DNA of 64,000 nucleotides, taken from positions 4,094,001-4,158,000 of the forward strand of contig CM119378.1 of NCBI GenBank assembly GCA_051294905.1. Reading direction: 5' to 3'. The translations under genes and the position numbers were made by a program. This document shows, piece after piece, positions 1 through 15,200 of the stretch (positions within the stretch are counted from its first letter, which is position 1; every line of letters starts with the position of its first letter). The DNA is from Botryllus schlosseri (Eukaryota). The notes beneath the pieces are model-generated. The model made no database searches and was not told the origin of the DNA. It was given only the letters and a program-made list of their open reading frames with translations.

Positions 1-287
1 GATAAGTATTTTCAGCATGTTACGGAAACGGAGTGTCCGTCTGCTTTGGTTAGAATCATGCAAACCGTCCTCTCTGATGTGTGAGCAATCTAGTATATAC
101 TAAGATATATAAAACCAGAATAATGCTAAAATTCTGCCACCCGATAGAGACTAGCTGGGCCCAGAATTACATGCGTATTATCGAGTGATAAGGAAACCTT
201 GCTTTATTCATGATATTGGCCGGCTGTATACTGTACAGTGTACAGTATATTACATATTACAATAAAAAGCATGCTGTCGTTTTCCAG

Positions 288-3200
288 ATGAGGCAGAAAC
301 GTCATATCGGTACCAATACGACTTCGACGCCATTTTCGATCCTGATTGGATGCCGCGACATGCCAAAGCGAAATGGGTTGGAGGTGAGATATGGATTGCC
401 GACCATTTCATCTTGAATGTAACAGTTGCGCTTACGAAAATGGGGCCTAATCTGTGATGGACGCACCACTGTGTGCGCCGTACATTGTATACTGACGTAT
501 AGGTACCTAACATATCTAGATATCATACTTGTACAGTACGACATCACACGTGTGTACGTATAGTCTTGTTAAGCGTTTTACGAGACTCGATGTTTAAGCA
601 CGTCTTTCTTTGTCACTGGATTAATGAGCATCACGCAACGCTGTATGGATGTTGTTCCGACTTGACATATCGATTTTAAAGGCCCCTGTTTAATCGTGTG
701 TCGATTTTATCATTTTAAAACGACAGAGATTAAACACTAACAATAGTACGTTTGGGCGTACAACCTAACAATTTTTCCAACCGAGTTGCTTTGGTTCTTT
801 GCTACTGCTACGCTTTTTATATAAGCATATATGTCAGGGGTGTCAAACGTACGGCCCGCCAGACGATTTCATCCGGCCCGCGAAGCAATTCTGAATAGAT
901 TGAAAAATTGTTATATATATGAGATTTTTCGCAAGAAATAATTTTGTTAAATATTCCCTCAAGACAGCAAGTGTCGAGCATGCTCATAGGTCACATTATA
1001 ACCACCCGATTACGGCGCTGTGGTTTTACTCTCTCTAATTCGAGAAGGCAAAAGCGAACACTGAGTTCATAGTATTGTTGAAATATGGACCAACAAGTAG
1101 TTATTCACAGAAGCGAGAACGCCAATGCGGAACCGTTATATGCAGTTTGCATGGAAAATATATATGATGGCACTGCTATGTCACTTCCCACCCAATCGGT
1201 CCCCGGACTTAAGAGAAACCCGACTTGCGATTTAATGATAATAATCCAAATTTCAACGTCCTCGTTTACAGATAATTATCAACTTATATCGTCGTTAGCG
1301 CCACTGCGTTATCGGTTCTTAACTGTATTCGACCGGTCAATCCTCGTGTTTTTGCCAATTCCATTAGTCGCGAATAAAGGTGTTGCGACTTATTAGAATA
1401 AAACCCCTATGAGCCGTATATTATTATCTGTATATCTTTGATATTAAAGTATTCAAGTGAAAAGCAAGAGTCCGGGGAAACATTTTGGAATAAGTTGACT
1501 GGTCCGGCCCGCGGGCGATTTGAAGACTTGAATCCGGTCTGTGACGTAATTTGAGTTTGACACAATTGGCATATACATGGTATATCTCCTTTTCCCCTAG
1601 GCCCTGGTGCATGGATCTTACTGCTTTGCGAGTGTTGTGTCTGGATGTTACTGGGTCACCTGCTCAGTGCTCACATCGTGATTTCCCTGCTGCATATTGA
1701 TTGCCATATCTTTCAATTGTCGATAGCGGATATGCCATCAAGTGATATCTTCGGTCTGTGTTGTTGCTGGTGTTTATTAAACAAAAATTGTGTGCTTATC
1801 TTCAGTTGGCCTTTTGCACCACGGTTAGTGATGGCATAAAAAGAAATGCACCACTACAAAATAGTATTGCATCTGTATTATTTTGATTCGTTTCAGAATA
1901 TCTTTACTACTACGATAACAACCGGAATTTTGTTCAACGGAGGGGTAACGAAGCAAAGATTCTTCTGACCAACGAAACCATGGTAAAGTGCATTCTATTT
2001 TGTGACATTGCATCACCTCACCAAACTATAACTTGATTCGCTCCATCCATTCGCGTGTAACTTCTACGATAAAAGCATGTGCATTCATGGAACGCGAATA
2101 TGTTGGCGTTAAATATAATAGATTTGAGTCGAATTGGCATCAGTAACATTGCACGGAAGAGCCTACTCGTGAGGCACACAGTGTTGAAACTTATGCATAC
2201 GATCGTATACCGCTTGTACGCGTATGGACTATATTTGGGGATTCGATCTCTTTCTATAGATGTTCATTGGAAATAGGGTTAACTAACCTACTTTACATTA
2301 CTCTTCATGAGTGTTCTGTTCAATACACTTGACTGGGATCCAAAAATGATCCAGTAGCTCCTGGGGATACATTTTCTCCATTGGCGATAATAATAGCTCT
2401 CCGTTGGTATCGGTTTATGCGTTATCTATGTGCATGTACATGTGCATGTGCACTGTGCAGTCATAGCAATAGCAAGCCCACTTTTCGTCCAGGCTAATAT
2501 GCAGTCTTGTATTATATGGGTGCATTGTGATTTGAGCAGCATTGCTTGGTGTCATACATACCTGCAAGTTGACGACATCTCACAGTTGAATGCTTTTCAG
2601 AATGATCTCGCTGTGTATGATGTTGTCGTCTCGCCGGACTTCAAATACGCCCTTTTAATTTATAACTACGGCAAGGTAAGCGCTGGCATACTTGGGATAT
2701 CTATTATTTATTTATTCACACCTGCATAACGCCAGCATCGAGGATATTGTGCTCATTGTGCGAATGAATAGACAGGGCTGCCGTACCGCCCTTATATCTG
2801 AGATTTGTCCTTTTTTGGACTAGTGCCTTATTATCTACCATCAGTTTATTAATGTCGCTTTTTGGTTGGTCCCTATGTCATTTCCATTATCGTGCGTAGC
2901 TCTATATTACATGTTTGGTATGAATGCTGCGATCCCACAATTCGAGGTTTGAAGGCTCACAAAGTGAAAATATAGGTTCGCCCAAATGTGTTTAGCTCAA
3001 TTAAGTTAATTAACAACCCACTTCGCTGGGCGCACACCATTTGATATTATCACTTCTTGGCGGGCTACAATGTTTTTCTCTGCGTACCTCCGGTTGCACA
3101 CTGCTAAGCAGTATATGTTGATGTGCTTTTGATAAGTGAGCGGTTGTTTGGACACGGCATTAAATTACTTGCCTGATATTCATATCATTTGAGTTGACGT

Positions 3201-6200
3201 TCAAAAGCAGCGTCATATTCGGATGACAATAATACTATTCGATAGTAAGACGGTATTCGTGAATCATGGGAGTTACACGATTGTAAACATCCATAGCTTT
3301 ACACTTTAAGGAAATGGCGCGTTCCCCAAATGTTTTGTTATCATTACATTCGTGTTGTTCCGTGATCACTAATTACTTTTTAGGAGCATACTGCATCACG
3401 AAAGGAATTATTTTTCTTTACTCCGGAAATTCCGGAAATATCGGCGTTTTTTTAATGTGACTCGGGATAATCTGACGTATTCGCCAGCGCGTATTTTAAC
3501 ATCCCTCAAAATGGCACTTCCATCGCCGCTCGGTGGAAAAACTAATTATCTTATTTACGCAAGACCAAATTCCGAGGTGCAGCGGCTGATTTAGCATCAT
3601 GTTTTTGGACCTCACTACGATAGGCCTGGTAGCTACAGCTACAGACTATACCTGTACAGCTGTGCCGTTGACACTCGTTAAGGTACACATGGTTTCTAAT
3701 ACCAGCAGGTCATTATTATCGTTGAAAATGATTGCATTGGTAGGGGATTTAGTTCTCGTGAAGTGTTTTGGGCTCTGTGCTCACGATTAATTAATCGTGT
3801 CTGTTTTCTCATAGGTCTACCGGTACTCAAGTCTTGCAGAATATTCCGTGTACGCATTTGAAACTAGGTAAGATATGTCGATGTCCTATTAGCATTATGA
3901 CTGACTTTACTGCTTTGTCAATACACAAGTGATTTTACGTTACAATTAACACCATTGTCAATGGTACAGTGACTCTGTTATTCATTATGCCTCATTTATA
4001 TTATCTATATCTATCCCTTTCTCTTTCTAAATGTAGTTCATTACATGAATGTTTTGTTTACGAATTGTTTCTGTACATTTTGTGTTGGTTTGTCTATTGA
4101 AAATTCAAGCCAAATATTGTTCCTACATTCAACATTACCAATTATATTCCTACGACTTTCATGTTTCGATTTTTAACCATATCTTTTACTCTACTTGCAC
4201 GAGTATGGGACATTCTGCACTTGATTTGTATTTAATATCCGTTGCGGAGAGCTTAATCACTTCGGCAATTTCGACTGCGTATGAGCGCAAAATAGGATTC
4301 TGTGGCCGTGATAATTGCGGCCTATTGTGGTTTGAACTTGGATGACACGGATTTACGCAGTTACATTAATAATTTGCATCCACCAGGTGGAGAATGGATA
4401 AATGTCGAATTACCATAAAGAAAAACAAACACAACGGATATCGCCTGCTGTAGGCACAAACAATCCAATACGCACTGGAATTATATTTCGCAGAATTGTA
4501 AAGAAAGATTGGCGCTTTTAGCGGCTGAGTGATAAATCATTGCCAGCTATGGTGGATAGCGAGAACCGCTAGTAATTAAACTCAGTTATCAAGTTTCATA
4601 TTACGGGGAAAGTCAGGTGAACCGCGTTCTGTTTCAAATATAAGGTCCCAGACAGTGATTCTCAAACATTTTGGACTAATTGCCCACTCATCAAGCTCGA
4701 CATAGCTTTCTTGCGCTCCCAAAGCCCGAGCTCATCAGTACTGAAGAAAACCTACTTTTCTGGAGTACTCAAGTAGGTTATCTGATTGTACAGCTTACTC
4801 GGAAGTTCACATATGTACCTTTCATTCGACCACGGCAAAACATAATGCCAGCTCCTCATCACACTGAAGATAATTTGATAATTTATCGACCACATCTATT
4901 TCACTGCATTATGTGACAATGCTGTACGTTGATCACTTCACATAAATGTCATTTCTACTGAAGCGGTAAGCTTTGTGCTAAATATTTTGAATGGTAGGAT
5001 ACGATCAATCGGCCTCTCAGGGCTTCCAAGGAGGACAAATAGTATACAAACTATTATTCTTGTTGATAAACTAAACTCTTAGTAGAAACTGGAAATTAGC
5101 GTGTAATTTTGTTACTTGAAAAGATTATGCGCAGCCCTATATTGCAGTGCGTAATACTCTTTGTCTGTAATATTAGTTCATCCTCAAGATTACCGGACCA
5201 CTGCTGACCTATCGATCTCGCCTTCCATTACATGCCATCACCCCATTTCTTGTTGCTTGCTTTTTCTATACTATTTTCTTTACTTTTCATTCAGTGTGCA
5301 TGCCTCCTCTTTACATCGCCTATAGCCCAGTAGGCCAGGGTGGGTGTCTGATTCCTTAGACTATACTTCAAGTCGCTTCGACACCTTCCTATCTTGTCAT
5401 TGTATCGCATTTTCGTGGTGTATGGAACTGATAAAATTGCTAATAAACCAATGATGATGATGATGATGATGATGATAATATGATACAGTGCAGACTAATG
5501 TGAAAGTTTTCCCTTCACTGATTAAAAACGAAGAAAGCTTGTAAAACCAAACACCAAAATACAACCTTCCCGGCTAATAAACCGATAATATGATTTCGTC
5601 TAATCTCGTCCAATCTTCAGGACGCATTTTCCCCTACACCGAAGGCCCTTGCAATACGCCGGGTGGGGAAAAAAAGGCAACCAAATTACCTACGTACTGG
5701 ACTCGGATATCTACTACAAAAGCGACGTGGACGCCGAACCAATCGCCATCACAACTTCTGGTGCTGGTTCCATGGGACGTATCGCAAATGGCGTATGCGA
5801 CTGGATGTATGAAGGTGAGCCTCAGAGTGGGCGTATTGAATGATATATTCACATTGACATAAACCCGCATTGAATTAACCCCTGACGAGCGTCAGCCGAA
5901 AATATTCGGATTTATTTCAACATGGATACATTAATTAATTGCATATTGAAGTTCTCTACTTCCAAAAGTCTCCCAGACTTGGACAACTAGATAATTCCAG
6001 TGGTCAAATTACACGAAGTACAGCGAAATGCAGGTAAACTAATTCTAATCTAATTTGTGAAATCTTTCTGTGCTCTAATTCTAATCTTTAATTAATTTAT
6101 TATTTATTATTATTATTTTCTAATTCAGTAATTCTAATTCAAATCTAATTTTGAAACGAACTGTGTATATAATTCAAATTCTAAGCTAATTCGGAAAGGC

Positions 6201-9200
6201 TGAAAATTTGCTAGTTGTAACGTACAACAGTGCTGCAGTCTGGTGCAGACTATGCTCCAGACTGTTCAGGGTCAAGTGTGCCTGTATGATGCTGGTGTGA
6301 TCAGACAGATGACCTTCACGGTCTTATCGATCAATCCTATCTAATACCGAATACTGTGCATGCATATTTTCTGTACCACCATCACTGCCGTGTGTTATGT
6401 ATTTTGGTTGGATGAAAATAAGACTCTCTCTCCCTCTCTTTGCCTAGGAAGCTCTTCAAGCAGAAGTGGAAACAATTGAAACGCTTAACCACTTGAGCAC
6501 GTATAATGCAATTTGGCTAAATGTACATGGGTACTCCAAAAAGTAGAAGCACTTCACTAGACACCGCGTCGGGTGCTACGGAATATTAATGTCATGCGTT
6601 AATGCATTTCGTCCGAGTGAATGATCTCATCCTGCATGAGGTCATCGTAGGACGAGGTGGCCGAGTGGTTAAGGCGATGGACTGCTAATCCATTGTGCTC
6701 TGCACGCGTGGGTTCGAATCCCATCCTCGTCGCGTGGGAACGTAGCTCAGTGGTAGAGCGCACGCTTCGCATGTGTGAGGTCCCGGGTTCAATCCCTGGC
6801 GTCTCCATTCCATTTTCGAGATTAAGCAGGATAAATGTATTTTTGAGATGCAGCGAGTCAGAGACCAGGGATGGACAGACTTTTTAGCTCGCGTGCAGCA
6901 TTCAGATTCCGCATCTAATCAAGGGCCGTAATATATAGAATTGGGATTATAAACCAAAACGCAATGTTTGTATTTAAATTTTATAGTGAGGAGATGAATA
7001 TAATCTATCTGTATATTTAAAACACTACAAACATTGATTTGATGATAACCATCACGCGTCAGACACATTGACGAATTTCAAAATCTGATTGACCTTAATA
7101 ACCAGTTTGTCAAAGCTAGGAATTAAAGTCGGTTATCCCGATTCTTGGGACTGGGTAGGAATTTGAATCCGTGAACAGCGATATGTTCGTAGATTTGCTG
7201 ATTCTACTTTATGTTTAAGTCCAGGATACACAACAATGACAGCATCATGTTTGCTTCAAATATACGCTTGTAAATAAATGGATAGTAAAAATACAAATAC
7301 TTCTACACATACAGCGAACGAATCGACCTAAACACACACGCGAATCGGTTTTTCCAAGTGTGGCACTAAAAGTAACATGGATACATTACTTAATTGCATA
7401 TTGAAGTTCTCTACCTCCAAGAGTCTCCTAGACTTGGACAACTAGATAATTCCAGTGGTCAAATTACACTAAGTACAGCGAAATGCAGGTAAACTAATTC
7501 TAATCTAATTTGTGTAATCTTTCTATGCTCTAATTCTAATATTTAATTAATTTAATATCTATTATTATTATTTTCTAATTCAGTAATTCTAATTCAAATC
7601 TAATTTTGAAACGAACTGTGTGTATAATTCAAATTCTAATCTAATTCCGAAATGCTGAAAATTTGTTGCAATGTACAACAGTGCTGCAGTCTGGTGCAGA
7701 CTATGCTCTAATTCTAATTCTAATTCTAAACTAATTTATTATTTTCCTGAAAATGTCTCTTTGACCGCGGCATTTTGCAGCGAGTTAACAAAAATATCCA
7801 GTGCCAAGCCGCCATCGCCTTACACACACCATACAGTCATAGTAGATACTGTGACGAAAAATAGGATAGCCTGCTAGAGTGTTAGCATATAAGTAGCCTG
7901 TACACTGCGAAGTACATCCTATAGTTTTTAAAACTTTACGTTAGTACAACGCCGTACTGAGTGCTGGCTAACATGGGCGATGGTTAAGCCACGCAGTTGA
8001 AAAACACGTTTTTAAAGCTTCAAGTGAGTACAACGCCGTACTCTGTAACATGGGCGATGGGCATGGTTACCAACTTACCACAATAGAACTAATATTTCAT
8101 TAAAGTAGTAAAAATATGCCTACAAGAAATATCATGATCATAAACGTTATTTTATTTTGAACTATGAGCTGCGCACGATAGCTGCCGACGATTTCCAGCC
8201 ACTATAATGAATCGATATTGGGGCTAGCGGCTAGCCAGACATAATACTAACTGAAAGACTATCTAATCCTAATTCTTGTGAGAAGGTCTTATGCCGTTTT
8301 CTAAACGTCTCGGTCTTGGCAGTGTCTGGGCCATCGCACGCCAATCTGCTTAGTGATATCAGCTGATGTCGAAGCAACGCTGTTGCCATCGCCGAACTCT
8401 TCATCTGTGGCAGGGAATAGTGTTGTTTGGCCCAGGCGAATAGCTTATTTTGAAACAACAACAATAATTTGAAACTGAAATCAATTTTAGCATGTCAAAA
8501 TGCTTTACTTCGCGTTCTTCCAAAATCACAAATCAGATCGCCGGCCGCGATTGCGGTGACCCCTGGTATAGGACAAAACGAGCCAAGCTTGGTGTACAGA
8601 CGTTAACCATTCTCATCGTTATGGAAATACGCTGTGATTTGAACAGATTTTTGCTGCATTTATTTCCCATTCACAATTTCATTCAATTTCCAAGTTTTTG
8701 CGAATTTAGTAATTCTAATTCTAATTTGGAAAAACTTGTGCCGATCTAATTTTAATTCTAATCTAATTCGGAAAAGATAAAAATTTTCTAGTTGTCCAAG
8801 TTTGATCCGGTGGACTGAAAATAGCTTGGGCAACTCGACATCTTATACTTTAAATAAATATTTGCACATTGTACGTACATATTACTGTCATTAGCCTTCA
8901 TGCCGGTTTGGCATTGAAAAGTGTATCAAAACATTATACAGCATGGCAGAAAAACCATTGGTAACACCACGGATGTTCGAATACATGCGTTTCACAATGA
9001 GATTGCATGAGCCGAGGTGAAGTGCGACGAGGTGGCCGAGTGGTTAAGGCGATGGACTGCTAATCCATTGTGCTCTGCACGCGTGGGTTCGAATCCCATC
9101 CTCGTCGTGGGGGACGTAGCTCAGTGGTAGAGCGCACGCTTCGCATGTGTGAGGTCCCGGGTTCAATCCCCGGCGTCTCCATTCCCGTTTGGAGACGAAT

Positions 9201-12200
9201 CCGGAAAAATTGTGTTTTTGAGATGCAAAGGTGGCAAACATTTTAGCTCGTATGCCGCATTCAACATCTGAATCCATTCACGGGCTCTCCGCGCGTGCGC
9301 TCGAATCCCACCCTCCTCGTTTGTGGACAGTGCCTCAGGGCTCAGTGATTTTCGATTATTTCTACTTCTACTGAAATGTTTTCCATTTTATAGGTAGAAC
9401 TGGATCCAGAATACTCACGTTTTTGCTCACTTGCTTATCGCTACTTCTACTTGTGCTTGAGTAGAAATTGACGATGTTGATTAGATTAGAATTAGAATTA
9501 TATCTACGCAGTGTTTTCCAAATTAGATTAGAATTATAGCTACTCAATTTTCCTGTAAGATTTTCAGATTAGAATTAGAACAAAGCATTATTTCACAAAA
9601 TAAATTAAAATTAGATTACTGGAATTTCGCTCTAATCAGACAACTAGAATTATATAATTTCCAAGTCTGGTTGCTTCAACTTCCTCTTGAGTAACAAACG
9701 ATGCCTACTGAACACCTCTTGATTGAAGGCATTGAACTTTTAAGATTAAAAATATATGTATCATTATCACATTTCAGAGGAGATGTTCCACAACACTTTG
9801 GCTCATTGGACTTCAACTAACGGCACGTATCTAGCGTACGTTACATTCAACGACACGTTAGTGCCGCAGTCTCATTTCATCGTCTACTCGCTACCCTACA
9901 CAACGGTAAGTCTGTGCTGGGTAAAATTAAATGCAGATTTGTAATCCGCTTGCGATATCTCAAAGGTTGAATCCGTGAATTATCCGAAGCCAGGATACAC
10001 GAACCCGACCGCTTCTGTCTACATACGCGACCTTGAAACTGAGGACACTATCATGCTACGAATACCGGATTCATTGGCTCAAAGGTAAGCAATTTCTACC
10101 GAATAAACACTAGCCTGCTCTCAAGATCACCTGAAGTCGACCTGACCCATCAAACTCACCTATCCACACATGCGTCATTAATTTTCATCACCGATCGCTT
10201 TATGTTTCCCTTATATATTTCCATCTAGTGTACATGTCTACATCGCTTAGGCTCAGGTTGGTGTCTGATTTCAAAGACTACTTCGGGTCGTTTCGATACC
10301 TTCCTATCTTTTTTGTAGTATCGCAGACTTGTGGTGTTTTGAAATGATGAAATTAATTTATAAACTGATAGTGATGTGATCCTGATATCAAATCTTTCAG
10401 CGTTTGAGTGGTTAGTTTTGCGAACCGCTGATGTAATGCGTGACGTATAGTCCAGGGTTAGCCAGGAACGAAATATTTCTACTTTTTCTGAGTCTACTCA
10501 AGCTGGTTCACTTCTACATTTCTTCACAGTTTGAATTTTTTGTAAGCCTAAAGTAGCTTAAGGGTGCTTTTAGGAATGAAATTGTCTTGGTAGCCACGCG
10601 CAATATCCCTGTATGAGGGTAACTGAATATATTTTTTTAAAGCGATGAGGTCACGAATATTCAATTGTGACGTGATAGTCGATTGACATTGACACTTGAA
10701 AATATAGGGTAAATATAGCTCCTTTGACGAAATATCTACGTACTACAGCTGTTGAACCGACTATTTTGAGGGTTTCAACCAATCCATATCCTATATACGT
10801 CTTCTGTATCGGGTGGTAATCGTCCGTAGGCTCAGGCAACATGTTTTTTGGAAAGTGTTTACACAATTATGGCATAATTTTACAACAAAAACACAATTTT
10901 TTTTAAAGATCTTTGTTTAAATGTAACCCTAACTGTGCGCAGCTGGTGAATCCTACCAATATTTCCAGGGATCCGATTTTAAACAGCGTCGTTTGGGCGA
11001 GCGACGACGCTCTCCTCGTGTCTTGGAGTAATCGCTACCAGAATATTTCCACTGTCGTTCACTGCCTGGTCCCGAAAGATTTCAAAGAACGAGAAGCCGG
11101 GCTGCGTTGCGAGCCCGTGCACGAGGAACGCAGCGATTGGTGGATACAGTATATTGTAAGTACCGGGATATTTTTACGTAGTTGCAGGCAGACTTAGACG
11201 CCATGTAATTCTAGTTGTTTATATGTTTAATTCGACGAAGTAGAGCAATGGTTTCCAACCTGGTATTCAGGGAGCCCTTGCGAGTCCGCGAGAAGGCATT
11301 TGGGGGTCCGTGATGACCTTAATAAATTTCAGGGAAAAACGAAAAGCGGTCTTTTCACATCCATATACCTCTTTAGAGCACATGTGTCATGCTTATTGCT
11401 TAAGCAGGGGACTATTAACTGTATCGGTATGCATTACGACAAATTGATGTTGCTGCTTACAGTGTGTACATTGTACACTGTACAATGACCTTACACTACA
11501 TAACAATACCTCCACCACAACGCATGTCGATCACAGTCAAATCATGATTATTATCTATTACGTAACAGAACGCATGCGGTTTAGTTCAGGAAAGGCAACA
11601 ACGGCCTAAGTCAGTGCGAGGCGCAACTCACGCGAAAAACCTCTGGCTATCTTCCCATGCTGTGCAGATGTTTCTTTATTATGGTATCATGTCAATTGTT
11701 TATTGAATTTTATACCAATAGTGTACACAACTCTTGTTCTTTCGTTCGGTCGAACGACAATTTCACACAGTGCTGTATAGTTGAGTAGCATATTTATTAC
11801 AATAGTCAATAGTATGTTAATTGAGTTTCAGGCAAAATTTAGGCCGAGATCCGCGGAATTAATAATTTGTATAAACGGGATCCGTGACAAAAAAAAGTTG
11901 CGACCACTGCATTGGAGCGAAATGCCGACAATTTAGGTCTAATCTAATTTGTGAAATGTTTCTTTGCTCTAATTCTAATTCTAATCTAATTTGCAAAATG
12001 TTTATACGCCTAAATTTTAACTCTAATCTAATCTATGCTGTTCCTGAAAATGCTACAGGGAACTGTATCGTGCGAAACGAGACAAGCATGTCGTACAGAC
12101 ATTTGCTATTCTCAGGCTTATGAAGAGGAACTATGATGTGATAGAAACTATATAAACTTAATTCAACGTCTAAGTTGTCGCGAACTCGGTTATTCTAATT

Positions 12201-15200
12201 CTAATCCAATTTAGAAAAGCTGATGCTTTTATAATTTTGGAGTTGTCCGTCACTGCTTGCAGATATATCCTACTGTTATTTTGCCATTATTTTGCGCGCG
12301 CTAGGTGCAGAGTTTGTGAGCGTTGTAGTAGAATTTGAAGTAACGCCCTAAATCTGTTCTATTTTTCAAGATTTAAAGTGGTTACGTTTTTGCTAAACTA
12401 AACATTTTTTGCTGCCAGACTGTTCAGAGTCAAGTGTACCTGTTTGATGCTGGTGTGATCAGACAGATGACCTTCACGGTCTTGTCGATCATTCCTATCT
12501 AATACCGAATACTGTGCACGCATATTTTCTGTACCACCATCACTGCCTTGTGTTATATTTTGATTGGATGAAAATAAAGAGACTCTCTGTCTCTCTCTCT
12601 TAGCCTAGGAAGCTGTTCAAGCAGAAGTGGAAACAATCTAAACACATAACCACTTGAGCACGTATAATGCAGCTAGGCTAAATGTACATGGGTACTCCAA
12701 AAAGTAGAAGCACTTCGTTAAACATCGTCTCGGGTGCTACGGAATTTTAATGTCATGTGTTTAATGCATTTCGTCCGAGTGAATGGTCTCATCCTGCACG
12801 GGGTCATCGTAGGACGAGGTGGCCGAGTGGTTAAGGCGATGGACTGCTAATCCATTGTGCTCTGCACGCGTGGGTTCGAATCCCATCCTCGTCGCGTGGG
12901 GACGTAGCTCAGTGGTAGAGCGCACGCTTCGCATGTGTGAGGTCCCGGGTTCAATCCCCGGCGTCTCCATTCCAATTTTGACATGTAGCGGGATAAATGG
13001 ATTTGTGTGATGCAGACCAGGGATGGACAAACTTTTTAGCTCGCGTGCCGCATTCCAGTTCTGCATCCATTCACGGGCCATACTATATAAAATTGGGATT
13101 ATAAACCAACACGCAATTTGAATATTATATAGTGATGTGTGATGACATGAATATAATCTATATGTATATTTAAAACACACCAAACATTGATTTGCTGATA
13201 ACCTACACGCGTCAGACACATTTACAAATTTTGAAAGCTGGTTGACCTGAATAACCAGTTTGTCAAAACTAGGAATTAGAGTCGGTTGTCCCAATTCTTA
13301 GAACAGGGTGAAAATTTGAATCTGTGAACAGCGATATGTTCATACATTTGCTGATTCTATACTTTATGTTTAAGTCCAGGACACACAATGCTGACAGCAT
13401 CATGTAGGCTTCAAATATGCTTGTTAAATAAATGGATAATATAAATACAGATACTTCTACATATATAGAGAACGAATCTACCTAACACACACGCGAATCG
13501 GGTTTTCCAAGTGTAGCACTAAAAATATTAAATCTGCTGGAGTGGCCAATGTAAAATCACACTCGTGATCCGAATTTAGTCATTCCCGTTTTGACTTTCT
13601 GTGATGCTCAACAGCTGAAACCTTAACGTCGGATAATCGCGCCAGCAATGACACAAAAAATACCGTAGCTAGAATATAACTTATATTTATCATGGTGAAA
13701 TATATTTGGAAAAAGTTTAATCGAGTCAAGTAATTTGATTTTTAGTACGCATTTTATCAATATTTTTAATACGTTTCTTTAGACTTTAGTGGGCCGCACA
13801 AAATGAATATGCGGGCCGTAGTTTACCCACCGCTGGTTTAGGCCGTGACAAATACGTTCAAGGTCCAATCCCCGGCGTTTTCATCTACTGAAGAAAAAAA
13901 ACGAAAATCGCTGAAATAACTCAATTTCAGTCCGCAGTCGCTACAGTTAGAATAGGACAAGCACAAATTTCATCTTTTCCGAATTAGATGAGAATTAGAA
14001 TTCCTCAATACACACAAACATGGAAATTGAATAAAATTCCAAACTAGAACAAAATTTAAATCCAGCTCGTATTAAACCAGAGTTCCCTCTCATAAGCACG
14101 AGAATGATAAATGTCTGTTCGCTAAGCTTGCCTCGTTTCGCACTATGCAGTCCTACTGTAGCCTTTTCGGGAAAGCCGGAGACTATATTAGAATTAACAT
14201 TAGAGCATAGATACATTTCGCATGTTAGATTATAATTGATTTACCGACATTTCGCTTAATTAGTCCAATTAGTTGTCAAAGTCTTGCCCGGACGGTATTC
14301 TGTGTTCGGGTCGGCACTATATTGATATGACAACACAAACCAGATAAACGCGCAACACCCTGTTTCCATCCCCTATGAAGCGAAATCCTTCGAATGGCCT
14401 AAGTTACGAAAATCCACATTCCACAATCTCTGTTGCAGAGCAGCAAGCCTGTATCTGGTCCGGGAAAGACATTTTTTCGCATCGAAGAGAAGAAACAAGG
14501 AGGCAATGGTAATTTTCATCACATTCGCGAAATCGATTACTCCACAGTACGTTTCGTCATTTTCCGAGTTGGTTATATGCTATCTGAACTATCTCTTTCT
14601 ATAGAACCCGCCTAATACCAGATACGTGACGAGCGGCAATTGGGATATCGCGAAAATCGTGGGTTACAACCCGTCAAACCGTTTGCTGTAAGTTTCTTGA
14701 AATCGTATCAATATTCACAATAAGCTGTAATTGGATTGTAGAAGCGATCAGAATAACCAGCGCTGTTTCTCAGCAGGGTTGTAATGACTCGAGTCGCAAT
14801 TTTCCGGCGACTCAACTTGACTCGAGTCATTTTCTTAAATACTGAAAATGACTCGACTCGACTAAAGTCAATTTGTGTATTGACTCAACCAAGTCATGAC
14901 TCAAGACTCGGACGGCCGAAACAGTTATTTCATTGTGACTTAGAGTAACAGTAAAGTTCCACATCATTTGTATTTCGTCTATCAGTACTTGTGCATGCAT
15001 ATTACGGCCAAAAGCTGTTAGGAATGAGGAGAATTGGCCTATATGAATGCGAGGCCGTCCATATCCCAAGCAGAGTTGTAAAAAATTGGGTTGAAGAAGA
15101 TTTGAAGTCGAGACTAAAAAGTGAATACAATGACTTGGACTCGAGGCTTAACAGTATGACAATGACTATGACTTAAACTCGAACCTCCGCATACTTGGTC

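Larger units (their letters stand above)
5921..7708 (+). repeat. ~335-bp direct repeats (5921-6257 and 7376-7708) bracketing a tRNA-pair cassette
   Basis: catggatacatta...cagacttggacaactag...tggtgcagactatgctc occurs twice, nearly identical. Confidence 0.85.
12415..13524 (+). repeat. ~1.1-kb segmental duplicate of 6257-7371, including the tRNA pair
   Basis: Collinear from ccagactgttcag to gcactaaaa, with scattered substitutions. Confidence 0.9.

Noticed and set aside
6599..6887. Recurring ORFs METPGIEPGTSHMRSVRSTTELR.../MAEWLRRWTANPLCSARVGSNP... (also near 9044, 12761, 15173, 20727, 27293, 39476)
   Set aside because: Shadow translations of the tRNA-Ser/Ala genes, not proteins.
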